From contig DAOMFI010000002.1 of assembly GCA_035429725.1 (NCBI GenBank), positions 13,324 to 77,323 of the forward strand: a stretch of 64,000 nt of DNA. The letters run 5' to 3'. Below the pieces are notes generated by a model. The model saw only the letters and a program-made list of their open reading frames with translations, made no database searches and was not told the DNA's origin. Position numbers and translations under genes: made by a program. This document shows, piece by piece, positions 8,982 to 17,520 of the stretch. Source of the DNA: Burkholderiaceae bacterium. Lineage in GTDB: Bacteria; Pseudomonadota; Gammaproteobacteria; Burkholderiales; Burkholderiaceae_F. How positions within the stretch are numbered: position 1 is the first letter of the stretch; every line of letters starts with the position of its first letter.

Positions 8982-9031
8982 CGTAAGGAGCGAATCTAGG
9001 CGCCGTTGCCTGAGTTCGTATGACCGTTGCG

Positions 9032-9062
9032 TGACATGTCATTGGCGCTTGCGCTAGCGCAA
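9032..9062. promoter_or_regulatory. two perfect palindromes upstream of the ATPase operon (candidate operator sites)
   Basis: TGACATGTCA (9032-9041) and TTGCGCTAGCGCAA (9049-9062) lie 51-81 bp upstream of the ATPase start codon at 8981. Confidence 0.35.
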
Positions 9063-9085
9063 TGGGAAAGTACCGCGACCGCCGC

Positions 9086-9540
9086 TCAAGCACCGACCGC
9101 GACCTTCAACCCGGTAGCGCGCAGGCGGGGCACCAGCGCTTCGCCGAGCGCGGTGGCCGGTGTGTCAGCACGCCGCCGCAGGCCGCCCCGCCCGGCAGCT
9201 TTGCACCGTCGAACGCGAGGCACAGGCCGGACTCGCACAGGATGCGCAGCGTCGCGCGGTTGCCCGGGTCGCCGTCGTATGCGATGCGCGCGCGCGCCAT
9301 GCGGCCGTCTCCCGCGCGGCCGATCAGCTCGGTCGTGAACCAGCCGCTTGCCATCGTCTGCTCCGACGGACCTTCGCCGAGCTTCGGCAGCACCGCGCCG
9401 AGCAACGCGCGCGCGGCGGGGCTTTTCATCGCGAGATCGAATCCGGCCATCCCCGCGGCCAGCGCGCGCGCCTTCGCCTGCGCCAGCGGCGCATCGAGCT
9501 TCCTTTGTGGTGGGCCTACTCGGCGGCGCGATTTCATTTC
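9086..9540 (-). pseudogene. saccharopine dehydrogenase-like / trans-acting enoyl reductase family, C-terminal remnant
   Basis: GEGPSEQTMASGWF...IAYDGDPGNRATLRILCESGLCLAFDG...GGVLT, then a 2-nt frameshift near 9159-9166, after which PATALGEALVPRLRATGLKVAVGA* continues in another frame. The N-terminal NAD-binding half is absent. Confidence 0.6.
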
Positions 9541-9635
9541 ACGCCACGGTGCGGGCACTGCGCACCGGAACGTGGAACAAATGACATTCCTTCCGGGCAA
9601 TTTCGGACATCGAGGCAACCCAGCGGCATCGATGC

Positions 9636-10967
9636 TTAGCTGACAGCGCGAATCGCTTCTCGCACAGAACTGATGCTCGAACTCGCATGCACCGGCGCCG
9701 AGCTCATCGAAGTCGAACTTCCAGGCCGGCGATCCGGCCCCGACGTGTGCTGCAAAAAGAAGCGGACCATTTCGGTGGCCGCATCGGGGCCGCGCGGATC
9801 CGTGTACGAACCGGCGCGGCTGCCGCCAAACCACGCGTGGCCACCCCCATGTACGAGCCAGTGTTCGAGCAGCACTCGCCCGCCGGCGTCGCGGTGGAGC
9901 GTCCTGGTGAAAGTGTGACCGCCAGGCGCTCGACCCTCCTCGGTCAACACTTGCCCACCGTCGCCACCCTCCCAGTGTGCGGACCTTGAAATCGCATCGA
10001 TTCCGTTGCGCGGATGCACGGTCCGGTCGCGATCGCCGTGAAAGACGATCGTAGGCGTCGAGTGCAACATGCGTTCTGTTGCCGAGCGCTGACGGATCGT
10101 GAGTGACACTCCTTTCATCACCGCAAGCGCGCTTGGCAGATCGTGCGCGCTGCCGCAGGCGAGGCCAGAGTGAATACCGACGGCCGCGTATAGGTCGGGG
10201 TAGGTCACTCCCATGATCGCCGCCATCGCGCCTCCCGCGGACAGGCCGGCGACGAACACACTGCGCGAATCAGCGCCGTAGCGGTCGATGATGGTCCGCG
10301 TCATGTCCGCAATGATCGACGGCTCCCCCGCATCCCGAACCTGGTTCTCACGCAGATACCAGTTCCAGCACCGCGAATGATTGGCCGTTTCGGATTGCGC
10401 GGGATACAGGACAAAGCAGCCGCCTTCTTCAGCCAGCGCGTTCATCCGCGTTCCAACCGCGAGGTCGTCCGGCGTCTGCCTGCAGCCGTGCAGCATGACG
10501 ATCAGCGGTAACGGCTGTCCGACGCAGCAGGAGGGCACATACAGTTTGTAGGCACGTTGCCCGGCCGCGTTCTGAAAGTTGCCTGCAATCCACTCGCTAG
10601 CGACGGCTGCGCTGCGCACAGTGTCTGGCGCAAATTCATCCGCTGCCGCTTCTTCGTGCGGAGGGGATCGGACCGCGCCCTCGGCCGCGGCATGGGTCTC
10701 CGTGATGCCGCGCGCATTGGCGGCCAGCCCGGCTTCTTCGCGATCCCGAGGCAGCGCGACCTCAACGCTTAGACCCTCGCTAAGGCCTGTCTGCGCGCGA
10801 TCGGTCGCCGCTGGCCTTCCGTCAACCCGTGCGGCGCCTCGGCTGCCCGAATGCCCCTTCGGGATCAGTCGGGCTGCCCCGGCCAGCAGGACCGTCCGTG
10901 TCCATCGCATCGCCCGAGCGACGCGGGGCGAGATCTTCGTGAGCATCGCCTCCTTTCTGCAAAGCAA
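9636..10967 (-). CDS. PHB-depolymerase-family esterase (LpqC-like), N-terminus doubtful
   Basis: AGQRAYKLYVPS...PLIVMLHGCRQTPDDLAVGTRMNALAEEGGCFVLYPAQSETANHSRCWNWY...VFVAGLSAGGAMAA...YAAVGIHSGL. The first ~120 codons are low-complexity and overlap IS-like sequence on the other strand. Confidence 0.7.
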   Translation of the reverse strand: MLCRKEAMLTKISPRVARAMRWTRTVLLAGAARLIPKGHSGSRGAARVDGRPAATDRAQTGLSEGLSVEVALPRDREEAGLAANARGITETHAAAEGAVRSPPHEEAAADEFAPDTVRSAAVASEWIAGNFQNAAGQRAYKLYVPSCCVGQPLPLIVMLHGCRQTPDDLAVGTRMNALAEEGGCFVLYPAQSETANHSRCWNWYLRENQVRDAGEPSIIADMTRTIIDRYGADSRSVFVAGLSAGGAMAAIMGVTYPDLYAAVGIHSGLACGSAHDLPSALAVMKGVSLTIRQRSATERMLHSTPTIVFHGDRDRTVHPRNGIDAISRSAHWEGGDGGQVLTEEGRAPGGHTFTRTLHRDAGGRVLLEHWLVHGGGHAWFGGSRAGSYTDPRGPDAATEMVRFFLQHTSGPDRRPGSSTSMSSAPVHASSSISSVREAIRAVS

Positions 10968-11011
10968 TCGCCGCTCGCGGTCGCGCGCACAGCGCGTCGA
11001 CCAGCGGACAC

Positions 11012-11711
11012 CAACGGCGGCGGCTGACGCAGGCGCGCATCGGCCACGCGCTGGGCGTGTCCTGCAGTACCGTCAGCCGCGTACTGGCGCGCGCTGGACT
11101 GTCGCGACTGCGGGAGCTGGAGCCGGCCGACCCGGTGCAGCGCTATGAGCATGCGGCGCCGGGCGATCTGCTGCATATCGATGTCAAAAAGCTCGGCCGC
11201 ATCGCCCGCCCGAGCCATCGCGTCACCGGCAACCGCCGGGACACCGTTGAGGGCGCCGGTTGGGAGTATCTGTTCGTGGCGGTGGACGATCACGCCCGCA
11301 TCGGCTTCTCCGGCGTCTATGCCGAGGAGCGCGCCGCCACGGCCAGCCAGTTCCTGCACAACGCGGTGGCCTATTACCACTCGCTCGGTGTGCGGGTGCG
11401 CCGCGTCTTGACCGATAACGGCGGCGTGTTCCGGTCCAGAGACTTCATCGCCGCCTGCCACCGGCTGCGCATCAAGCAACGCTTCACCCGCGCCTACCGG
11501 CCGCAAACCAACGGCAAGGCCGAGCGGTTCATCCAGTCCGCGCTGCGCGAGTGGGCCTATGCCTTCACCTACCAGAACTCCGCCGAGCGCACCGCCGCTC
11601 TGGACGACTGGATCCACCATTACAACTGGCACCGCCCGCACCAAGGTATCCAAGGAGTCGCGCCCATGCAAAGACTCAGCGCTTCAAGAAACAACCTCTT
11701 GACGCTTCACA
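11012..11711 (+). mobile_element. IS481-family insertion sequence remnant (5'-truncated), right terminus ...CTTCACA
   Basis: The transposase core carries the DDE residues: HIDVKKLGRI, VLTDNGGVFRS, RPQTNGKAERFIQ, HHYNWHRPHQG, NNLLTLHN. The first ~80 codons and the left inverted repeat are missing. The right end, CTTCACA (11705-11711), is the IS481-type terminus. Confidence 0.8.
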
Positions 11712-11717
11712 ACTTAG

Positions 11718-11990
11718 CTGGGCCGGCAGCTGGGGCAACCGGTCGTCATCGAGAACCGCGGCGGCGCCGGCGGCAACATCGCGGCCGAGGCGGTTGCCAA
11801 GTCGCCGGCCGACGGCTACGCGCTGTTCCTGGGCCCGGTCGGCACGATGACGATCAACCCGTTCGTCTACGCGAAGATGCCGTTCGACACGATGAAGGAC
11901 TTCGCGCCAATCTCGCAGCTGACGTCGCTGCCGATCGTGATGGTCGTCAATCCGTCCGTTCCCGCGAAGAACGTGAAGGAGTTCATCGCC
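11718..11990 (+). pseudogene. Bug/TctC-family receptor, middle fragment (continuation of 2951-3098)
   Basis: LGRQLGQPVVIENRGGAGGNIAAEAVAKSPADGYALFLGPVGTMTINPFVYAKMPFDTMKDFAPISQLTSLPIVMVVNPSVPAKNVKEFIA follows directly on ...ARLVGD. The C-terminal ~200 aa are missing. Confidence 0.75.
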
Positions 11991-11997
11991 GTACCTG

Positions 11998-12642
11998 GTG
12001 GTACAGCCCGACGGCAGCGCCGACGTGACCAAGCTCGCGGGAACCGGCGGCGTGGTCAACCGTGCGATCTGCACCGAGCACCTGATCTACGAGATCCACG
12101 ACCTCGCCAACTACGTCACGCCCGACGTGGTCGTCGACTTCAGCGACGTGCGGCTCGACGAGGTGGATAATGACCGCGTGCGCATGAGCGGCGTCCGCGG
12201 CAAGCCGCGTCCCGACCAGTTGAAGGTGTCGATCGGCGTGAAGGAAGGCTGGATCGGGGAGGGCGAGATCACCTACGCGGGGCTCGGATGCCTCAACCGG
12301 GCGCGCCTCGCCGAACAGGTGGTGCGGGAACGACTGAGGATTTCCGGCGTGCAGCTCGAGGAACTTCGGGTCGACTACATCGGCCTGAATTCGCTGCACG
12401 GCGAGGCTTCCATCCCGCCGAAGGAGCCGCCGTACGAGGTGCGGCTGCGCTTCGCCGGCCGGGCGAAGACGAAACGCGAGGCGGTGCGGCTGGGCAACGA
12501 AGTCGAGACGCTGGTCGGTAAGGGGCCGTGCAGCTCGTCGCTGCCGCGGCAATACGTGCGCGAAGTCCTGGCGATCTACTCCTGCCTGATCCCGCACAGC
12601 GTCGTCAGGCCGGAAGTCGTGTTCGCGGAGAGCGGGGGATGA
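11998..12642 (+). pseudogene. AtuA-like DUF1446 protein, C-terminal ~214 aa only (5'-truncated)
   Basis: VVQPDGSADVTKLAGTGGVVNRAICTEHLIYEIHDLANYVTPDVVVDFSDVRLDEVDNDRVRMSGVRGKPRPDQLKVS. This is fused without a gap to the Bug fragment, and the N-terminal ~240 aa of the family are absent. Confidence 0.65.
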
Positions 12643-13001
12643 AGCGCGTCTACCTGCGCGAGATCGCCCACGCCCGCGCCGGCGACAAGGGCGACACCAG
12701 CAATATCGGCGTCATTGCCTACCAGCCGCAGTACTTCCCGGTCCTGCTCGCGCAGGTGACTCCCGATCGCGTGCGCGCGCACTTCCGCGGCCTCGCGAAA
12801 GGGCCGATCACGCGCTACGAGCTGCCGCAGCTATGGGCGATCAATCTGGTGCTGGAGCGGTCGCTCGGCGGCGGGGTCACGCGCTCGCTATCGCTCGATC
12901 CGCACGGGAAGTCGTATTCGACGCTGATCCTGACGATGGCCGTCGAGGTCGACGACGCGATCGCGGCGGAGCTGATCGAGGCCGGCCGCCAGCCGCTGTA
13001 G
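12639..13001 (+). CDS. small AtuA-partner protein (DUF4387-like)
   Basis: 120 aa, MKRVYLREIAHARAGDKGDTSNIGVIAY... It has an ATGA overlap with the upstream DUF1446 fragment, which is the typical two-gene arrangement. Confidence 0.65.
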   Translation: MKRVYLREIAHARAGDKGDTSNIGVIAYQPQYFPVLLAQVTPDRVRAHFRGLAKGPITRYELPQLWAINLVLERSLGGGVTRSLSLDPHGKSYSTLILTMAVEVDDAIAAELIEAGRQPL

Positions 13002-13005
13002 CGGG

Positions 13006-13540
13006 TCAGCGGCGCACCAGCCAGCGCAGCGCCATCAGCCCCAGCGCCGGGCCGACCGCCACCGGCGCGACCCACCACGCGATCGGCAGGCGCTCTGCGA
13101 GTCACGTCGTCGCATACAGCTGGGGATCGTGAGGGCGAACCCGATGCAGTGACAATGGTGAGCGCCGAGCCGACAAACTCCCTCGGCGCGGTGGCCGCGT
13201 TCAGCGCCGAGAACTGCGGCGAGTCGCCGACCACCACACCCCAGAACACCATGAACGCGAGGAACCCCGGCACGGGCAACGCGACCGCGAGCGGGGAGAG
13301 CAGGCAGCACAAGCCCGACAACGACAGCTGCGGGAAGCCACGCGCGCGCTGCCGACGAAGCGTGAAGACTGCCCGCCGGCGACGCAGCCGATCGCAGGAC
13401 GCGGACTTCGCCCGGGGCCGGATGAGGCGTTTCGATGTCGTCGATGGTCATCACCTCGCGGGCAGGATCGACGCGGGTGTCGCAGGCAGCGAGCATGGCG
13501 TTACCGCAGGGGAGGACGACGCCGATGATGCCAGCGATGG
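13006..13540 (-). pseudogene. MFS transporter C-terminal remnant with multiple frameshifts
   Basis: Three frames are needed to read ...SGLCCLLSPLAVALPVPGFLAFMVFWGVVVGDSPQFSALNAATAPREFVGSALTIVT / IGFALTIP / AERLPIAWWVAPVAVGPALGLMALRWLVRR*. Confidence 0.55.
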
Positions 13541-13590
13541 CCCGGTCGCGACGGTCACGCTGCCGGAGCCGGCGGATGCGCGCCGCTCCG

Positions 13591-14391
13591 TCAGCGAAGC
13601 GATGCCTCCGGCAGGAAGCCCGTCAACGCGGCGAGAACGGCCTCGGGCTTCTCGCGGTGCGGGACATGGCCGCACGCTTCGAGCACGATCGCGCGCGACG
13701 GCCCCTGCACCAGGCGCGCGATGCGGCCCGGGTGGCTCGGCGATCCGTACTCGTCACGGTCGCCGTGGATCGCGAGCGTCGGGCAGAACACGCGCCGCAA
13801 CGTCGGTTCGAGGTCCCAGCGCTCGAACGCCGGCGACAGCCAGGTCTCGATCCACGCATCGAGCACCCAGCGGGCCTTCGACCCGTGGTACCGCTTGAGG
13901 CGTTCGATCTGCCCGGGCTCCTGGAACGCGCGTTTCGCGGCCACGATGCCGGCCACGGTCACGTCCTCGACGAAGGTTTGGGCAGACTCGGTCACCAGCG
14001 CCTCGCAACGCTGCGGCGCGCGCGCGGCCGTGGCGACCGCCATGCCGCCGCCCACGCTGTGGCCGAAGGGAACGATCCTTTGGAGCCCCAGGCCATCGAG
14101 CAGCCGCGGAACGCTGCTCGCCGCCTCGTCGTCGATGAAATCCACGGGCAGCTTCCCGGGATGAGGGTCCGAGCGCCCGAAGCCGAGGCGGTCGTAGGCG
14201 ACGACCGTGCGATGTGTTGCCGTTGCGAGCCGGGCGGGAAAGTCGCGCCACAGTTCGACACAGCCGAGGGAGTCGTGGAACAGCACGACGGCCGCGGCAT
14301 CGCCCGCCTCGTGCGTGCCCTGCCTCCAGCGCCGGGCGTACATCCGTCCCGGGCCGGCGTCGATCCAGTGTTCAGTGACCGTGACGCTCAT
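13591..14391 (-). CDS. alpha/beta hydrolase
   Basis: Starts at MSVTVTEHW. Motifs VVLFHDSLG, GHSVGG nucleophile elbow, GDRDEYG and C-terminal ACGHVPHREKPE. Confidence 0.85.
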   Translation of the reverse strand: MSVTVTEHWIDAGPGRMYARRWRQGTHEAGDAAAVVLFHDSLGCVELWRDFPARLATATHRTVVAYDRLGFGRSDPHPGKLPVDFIDDEAASSVPRLLDGLGLQRIVPFGHSVGGGMAVATAARAPQRCEALVTESAQTFVEDVTVAGIVAAKRAFQEPGQIERLKRYHGSKARWVLDAWIETWLSPAFERWDLEPTLRRVFCPTLAIHGDRDEYGSPSHPGRIARLVQGPSRAIVLEACGHVPHREKPEAVLAALTGFLPEASLR

Positions 14392-15151
14392 CGCCCGCCG
14401 AGGCTCGACCGGATTGCAGGCGCAGCGACATTGTGTAGGTGAAGCGTTCGCCGGGGTGGAGGTTGACGGCGACCTCGATGACCCGGCGGCTCTTGCCGAC
14501 ATAGCGGCGGGTGACCAGCAGTCCCGCCGAACCCGGCTTCACCTTCAGGCGCCGGGCATCGGCGGTGCGGATCGTGACCCCGCGGATGGTCTGCTGCACT
14601 TCCACGACCGACTCGCCATAGGTGGCTTCGATCAGCCGGTACACGGGGACCTTCTGCGTGCCGATGAGCGTCGCGATGCCGCTGTAGGCCGCATTGATGT
14701 AGACGTCGGTCAGGGCGATCGGCAGCTTGCCGCGGCCCGCGTAGCGGTGACCGCTGAGCTGGCGCCAGCGCTGGCCGGGCGGGCACGCGAGCAGCCCGGC
14801 GAGCGCAGCGTCCGCGATGACGTCCTTGCTGGCGTGCATGACCAGGCGCGTGTCCTCGACGTACTGCAGCAGGTCCGCGATCGAGGTCGTCGACTGCACG
14901 TACCGGGGTTCGACGCGGTCGGCTCGCACCTCGGTGCCGACACCGCGCTGGCGCGTGATCAGCCCGTAGTCCTGCAGCCGACGGATCGCTTCGCGGATCG
15001 TGTGGCGGCTCACGCCGAACTGGGTGCACAGGTCGAGTTCGGGCGGCAGCAGGCTGCCGACGGGATAGCGGCCCCGCTCGATATCGTCGATCAGCGCCCG
15101 CGCCACAAGGGCGTACTGCGGCTCGGCGGCGGCCGGCGTGCGCGTGTGCAC
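14372..15151 (-). CDS. GntR-family transcriptional regulator (HutC subfamily, UTRA domain)
   Basis: wHTH LPPELDLCTQFGVSRHTIREAIRRLQDYGLITRQRGVGTEV plus a UTRA-like C-terminal domain. The GTG start at 15151 is chosen because it lies 5 nt after the upstream stop, so the start is uncertain. Confidence 0.8.
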   Translation of the reverse strand: MHTRTPAAAEPQYALVARALIDDIERGRYPVGSLLPPELDLCTQFGVSRHTIREAIRRLQDYGLITRQRGVGTEVRADRVEPRYVQSTTSIADLLQYVEDTRLVMHASKDVIADAALAGLLACPPGQRWRQLSGHRYAGRGKLPIALTDVYINAAYSGIATLIGTQKVPVYRLIEATYGESVVEVQQTIRGVTIRTADARRLKVKPGSAGLLVTRRYVGKSRRVIEVAVNLHPGERFTYTMSLRLQSGRASAGDERHGH

Positions 15152-15156
15152 GGTGT

Positions 15157-16347
15157 TCAGAGGACGCCCTCCGCGGCGAGGGCGTCGATGCGCGCGTCGT
15201 CGTAGCCGACGCTGCGCAGCACTTCCCGCGTGTGTTCGCCGAGCCGCGGCGCGACGCCGACGCGCTCGCTGGCACCCAGGCAGCGGATCGGGCAGGCGAG
15301 GGTGCGGATCGTGCCGCGCGCGGGGTGCGGCGCCGTCATCACGCGGCCCTGCTCGCGCACGAACGGATTGTCCATCGCCTGAGCGATGTCGTAGACGGGA
15401 GCGACCGGGACGGTCCCCGCCAGCCGTCGCACCCACTCGTCGGTCGTCGCGGTGCTCAGCACGTCGTCGAGGGCGCGCGTCAGCGCGTCACGGTTAGCAA
15501 GCCGCGCCTTGTAGGTGCCGAATTCCTCGTTGTTGGCCCACTCCGGCTTGCCGATCGCCTGCACGAAGAGCTTCCAGAACTTCTCCTTGTTGCACATGAC
15601 GAAGAGCCAGCCGTCCCCGGTACGGTAGAGCTGGCTGGGCGTGAGCGATGGATGCGCTGAGCGCGCTTCCCGCCGCGTCACCACACCCTCGTTCAGATAC
15701 CAGGTGCCGACGTAGCTGACGTTGTGGACCGCGACATCGAAGAGGCTGACGTCGAGGTCGCGCCCCTCGCCGTGGGCGCGCGCCGACAGGACGCCGGCGA
15801 GTAGCGCCAGCGCGGCCGTCACGCCGGTCATCATGTCGATCACCGACAGGCCGAAGCGGGCCGGCGGGCCGTCCGGCTCGCCGGTGAGCGACAGGTAGCC
15901 CGCCTCCGCCTGCATCAGGTAGTCGTAGCCCGGCCACGCGGCACGCGAGCCGGTCCGGCCGTAGGCGGACAGGTGCGCGCAGACGATCGTCGGGTTCACT
16001 CCCTTCAGTGCCTCGTACGTGACGCCGAGCTTCGCCGGCAGATCGCCGCGCAGGTTGTCGAACGTCGCGTCGGCGCTGCGCACGAGGTCGAGCAAGGCCT
16101 GCCGGCCGTCCGCGTGCTTCAGGTCAAGCGTGATGCTCTTCTTGTTGCGGTTGAACGACTCGTGGAAGTGGCTGTCGCCGGGCGCGAAGTAGTGCGGGCC
16201 GACGGCGCGGCCGATGTCGCCGCCGTCGGCCGGGTTCTCCACCTTGATCACCTCGGCCCCGAGGTCGGCGAGGTGCTGCGTGCCGAAGGGGCCGGCGCCG
16301 TACTGCTCGATCGCGACGATCCGCAGTCCTTCGAGAGGAAGCTTCAT
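15157..16347 (-). CDS. family III CoA-transferase (CaiB/BaiF)
   Basis: LEGLRIVAIEQYGAGPFGTQHLADLGAEVIKVENP, catalytic region PGYDYLMQAEAGYLSLTG, and SVIDMMTG. Confidence 0.9.
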   Translation of the reverse strand: MKLPLEGLRIVAIEQYGAGPFGTQHLADLGAEVIKVENPADGGDIGRAVGPHYFAPGDSHFHESFNRNKKSITLDLKHADGRQALLDLVRSADATFDNLRGDLPAKLGVTYEALKGVNPTIVCAHLSAYGRTGSRAAWPGYDYLMQAEAGYLSLTGEPDGPPARFGLSVIDMMTGVTAALALLAGVLSARAHGEGRDLDVSLFDVAVHNVSYVGTWYLNEGVVTRREARSAHPSLTPSQLYRTGDGWLFVMCNKEKFWKLFVQAIGKPEWANNEEFGTYKARLANRDALTRALDDVLSTATTDEWVRRLAGTVPVAPVYDIAQAMDNPFVREQGRVMTAPHPARGTIRTLACPIRCLGASERVGVAPRLGEHTREVLRSVGYDDARIDALAAEGVL

Positions 16348-17492
16348 GCGCGGTTCCGTTCGATGAGCTGGCGGGCGATGATGATCCGCTGCATCTCGTT
16401 CGTGCCCTCGCCGATCAGCAGCAGCGGGGCATCGCGGAACAGCCGCTCGATGTTGTACTCCTTCGAGTAGCCGTAGCCGCCGTGGATCCGCATCGATTCG
16501 AGCGCATTTTCCATCGCGGCCTCGGTCGCGAAATACTTCGCCATCCCCGCTTCCATGTCGCAGCGCTCGCCGCGGTCGAAGGCCTGCGCGGCCGACTCGA
16601 CGAGCAGGCGCGCCGCCTCCACGCGGGTGGCCATCTCGCCGAGCTTCAGCTGGATCGCCTGGTGCTCACAGATCGGCTTGCCAAAAGTCCTGCGCACCTG
16701 GGAATACGCAACGGCCTCCTGCAGGGCGGCGCGCGCCAGGCCCGCGCCCCGGGCGGCGACGTTGATGCGGCCGAGTTCGAGGCCCGCCAGCACCTGCTGC
16801 AGCCCGCGCCCTTCGGCCCCGCCGATCAGGCGGTCGGCCGGTACGCGATAGTCCTCGAACAGCAGTTCGCAGGTATCGATGCCGCGGTAGCCGAGTTTCT
16901 TCAGCTTGCGCGTCACGGTGAAGCCGGGCCCCTTCTCGGCGATGAACAGGCTCATGCCCTTGTGCTTCGGCTCGGCCCTGGGATCGGTCTTCACCAGCAG
17001 CGCGAGCGTGTTGCCGTAGCCGCTGTTGGTGATCCAGGTCTTCGCGCCGTTGATCACGTAGTGGGCGCCGTCGCGCACCGCCGTCGTGCGGATCGCCTGC
17101 AGGTCCGTGCCGCAGTCGGGCTCGGTGAGCCCGACCCCGCCACGCAACTCCCCGGTGGCGAAGCGCGGCAGCCAGGCCTGCTTCTGGTCGGGCGTTCCGT
17201 GGCGCTGCACCGCCGAGGCCATGATCAGGTGCGAGTTGATGATGCCGGCCACCGACATCCAGACCGCCGAGATGCGCTCGATCACCCGCGCGTAGGTCGA
17301 GGTCGCCAGGCCCAGCCCACCGTATTCCTGCGGGATCGTCGCTCCGAACAGCCCCATCGTCTTCATCTTCTCGACGATGTCGGCCGGGTAGATGTCCTCG
17401 TCCTCGAGCCGATGCACGTGCGGGCGCACCTCCGTTTCCAGGAAGCGGTCCACCGCGTCGAGGATCATGCGTTCGTCGTCGGGCTGCGTCAT
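16344..17492 (-). CDS. acyl-CoA dehydrogenase
   Basis: 382 aa. GLTEPDCGTDL, KTWITNS, and C-terminal RIHGGYGYSKEYNIERLFRDAPLLLIGEGTNEMQR. Confidence 0.92.
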   Translation of the reverse strand: MTQPDDERMILDAVDRFLETEVRPHVHRLEDEDIYPADIVEKMKTMGLFGATIPQEYGGLGLATSTYARVIERISAVWMSVAGIINSHLIMASAVQRHGTPDQKQAWLPRFATGELRGGVGLTEPDCGTDLQAIRTTAVRDGAHYVINGAKTWITNSGYGNTLALLVKTDPRAEPKHKGMSLFIAEKGPGFTVTRKLKKLGYRGIDTCELLFEDYRVPADRLIGGAEGRGLQQVLAGLELGRINVAARGAGLARAALQEAVAYSQVRRTFGKPICEHQAIQLKLGEMATRVEAARLLVESAAQAFDRGERCDMEAGMAKYFATEAAMENALESMRIHGGYGYSKEYNIERLFRDAPLLLIGEGTNEMQRIIIARQLIERNRA

Positions 17493-17520
17493 CGTGCGCG
17501 TATCCGTAAGGGCCAGGCGG

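Noticed and set aside
3099-11711. Classical composite transposon with two IS481 copies
   Set aside because: Only one truncated IS481 copy is present, at the right end. No TGTGAAG-type inverted repeat or transposase remnant exists at the left boundary.
11057-12028. 323-aa ORF taken as a complete transposase
   Set aside because: The GTG at 11057 is internal to the IS481 transposase, whose N-terminal HTH part is missing. The last ~105 codons are read-through past the IS end into the Bug remnant out of frame.
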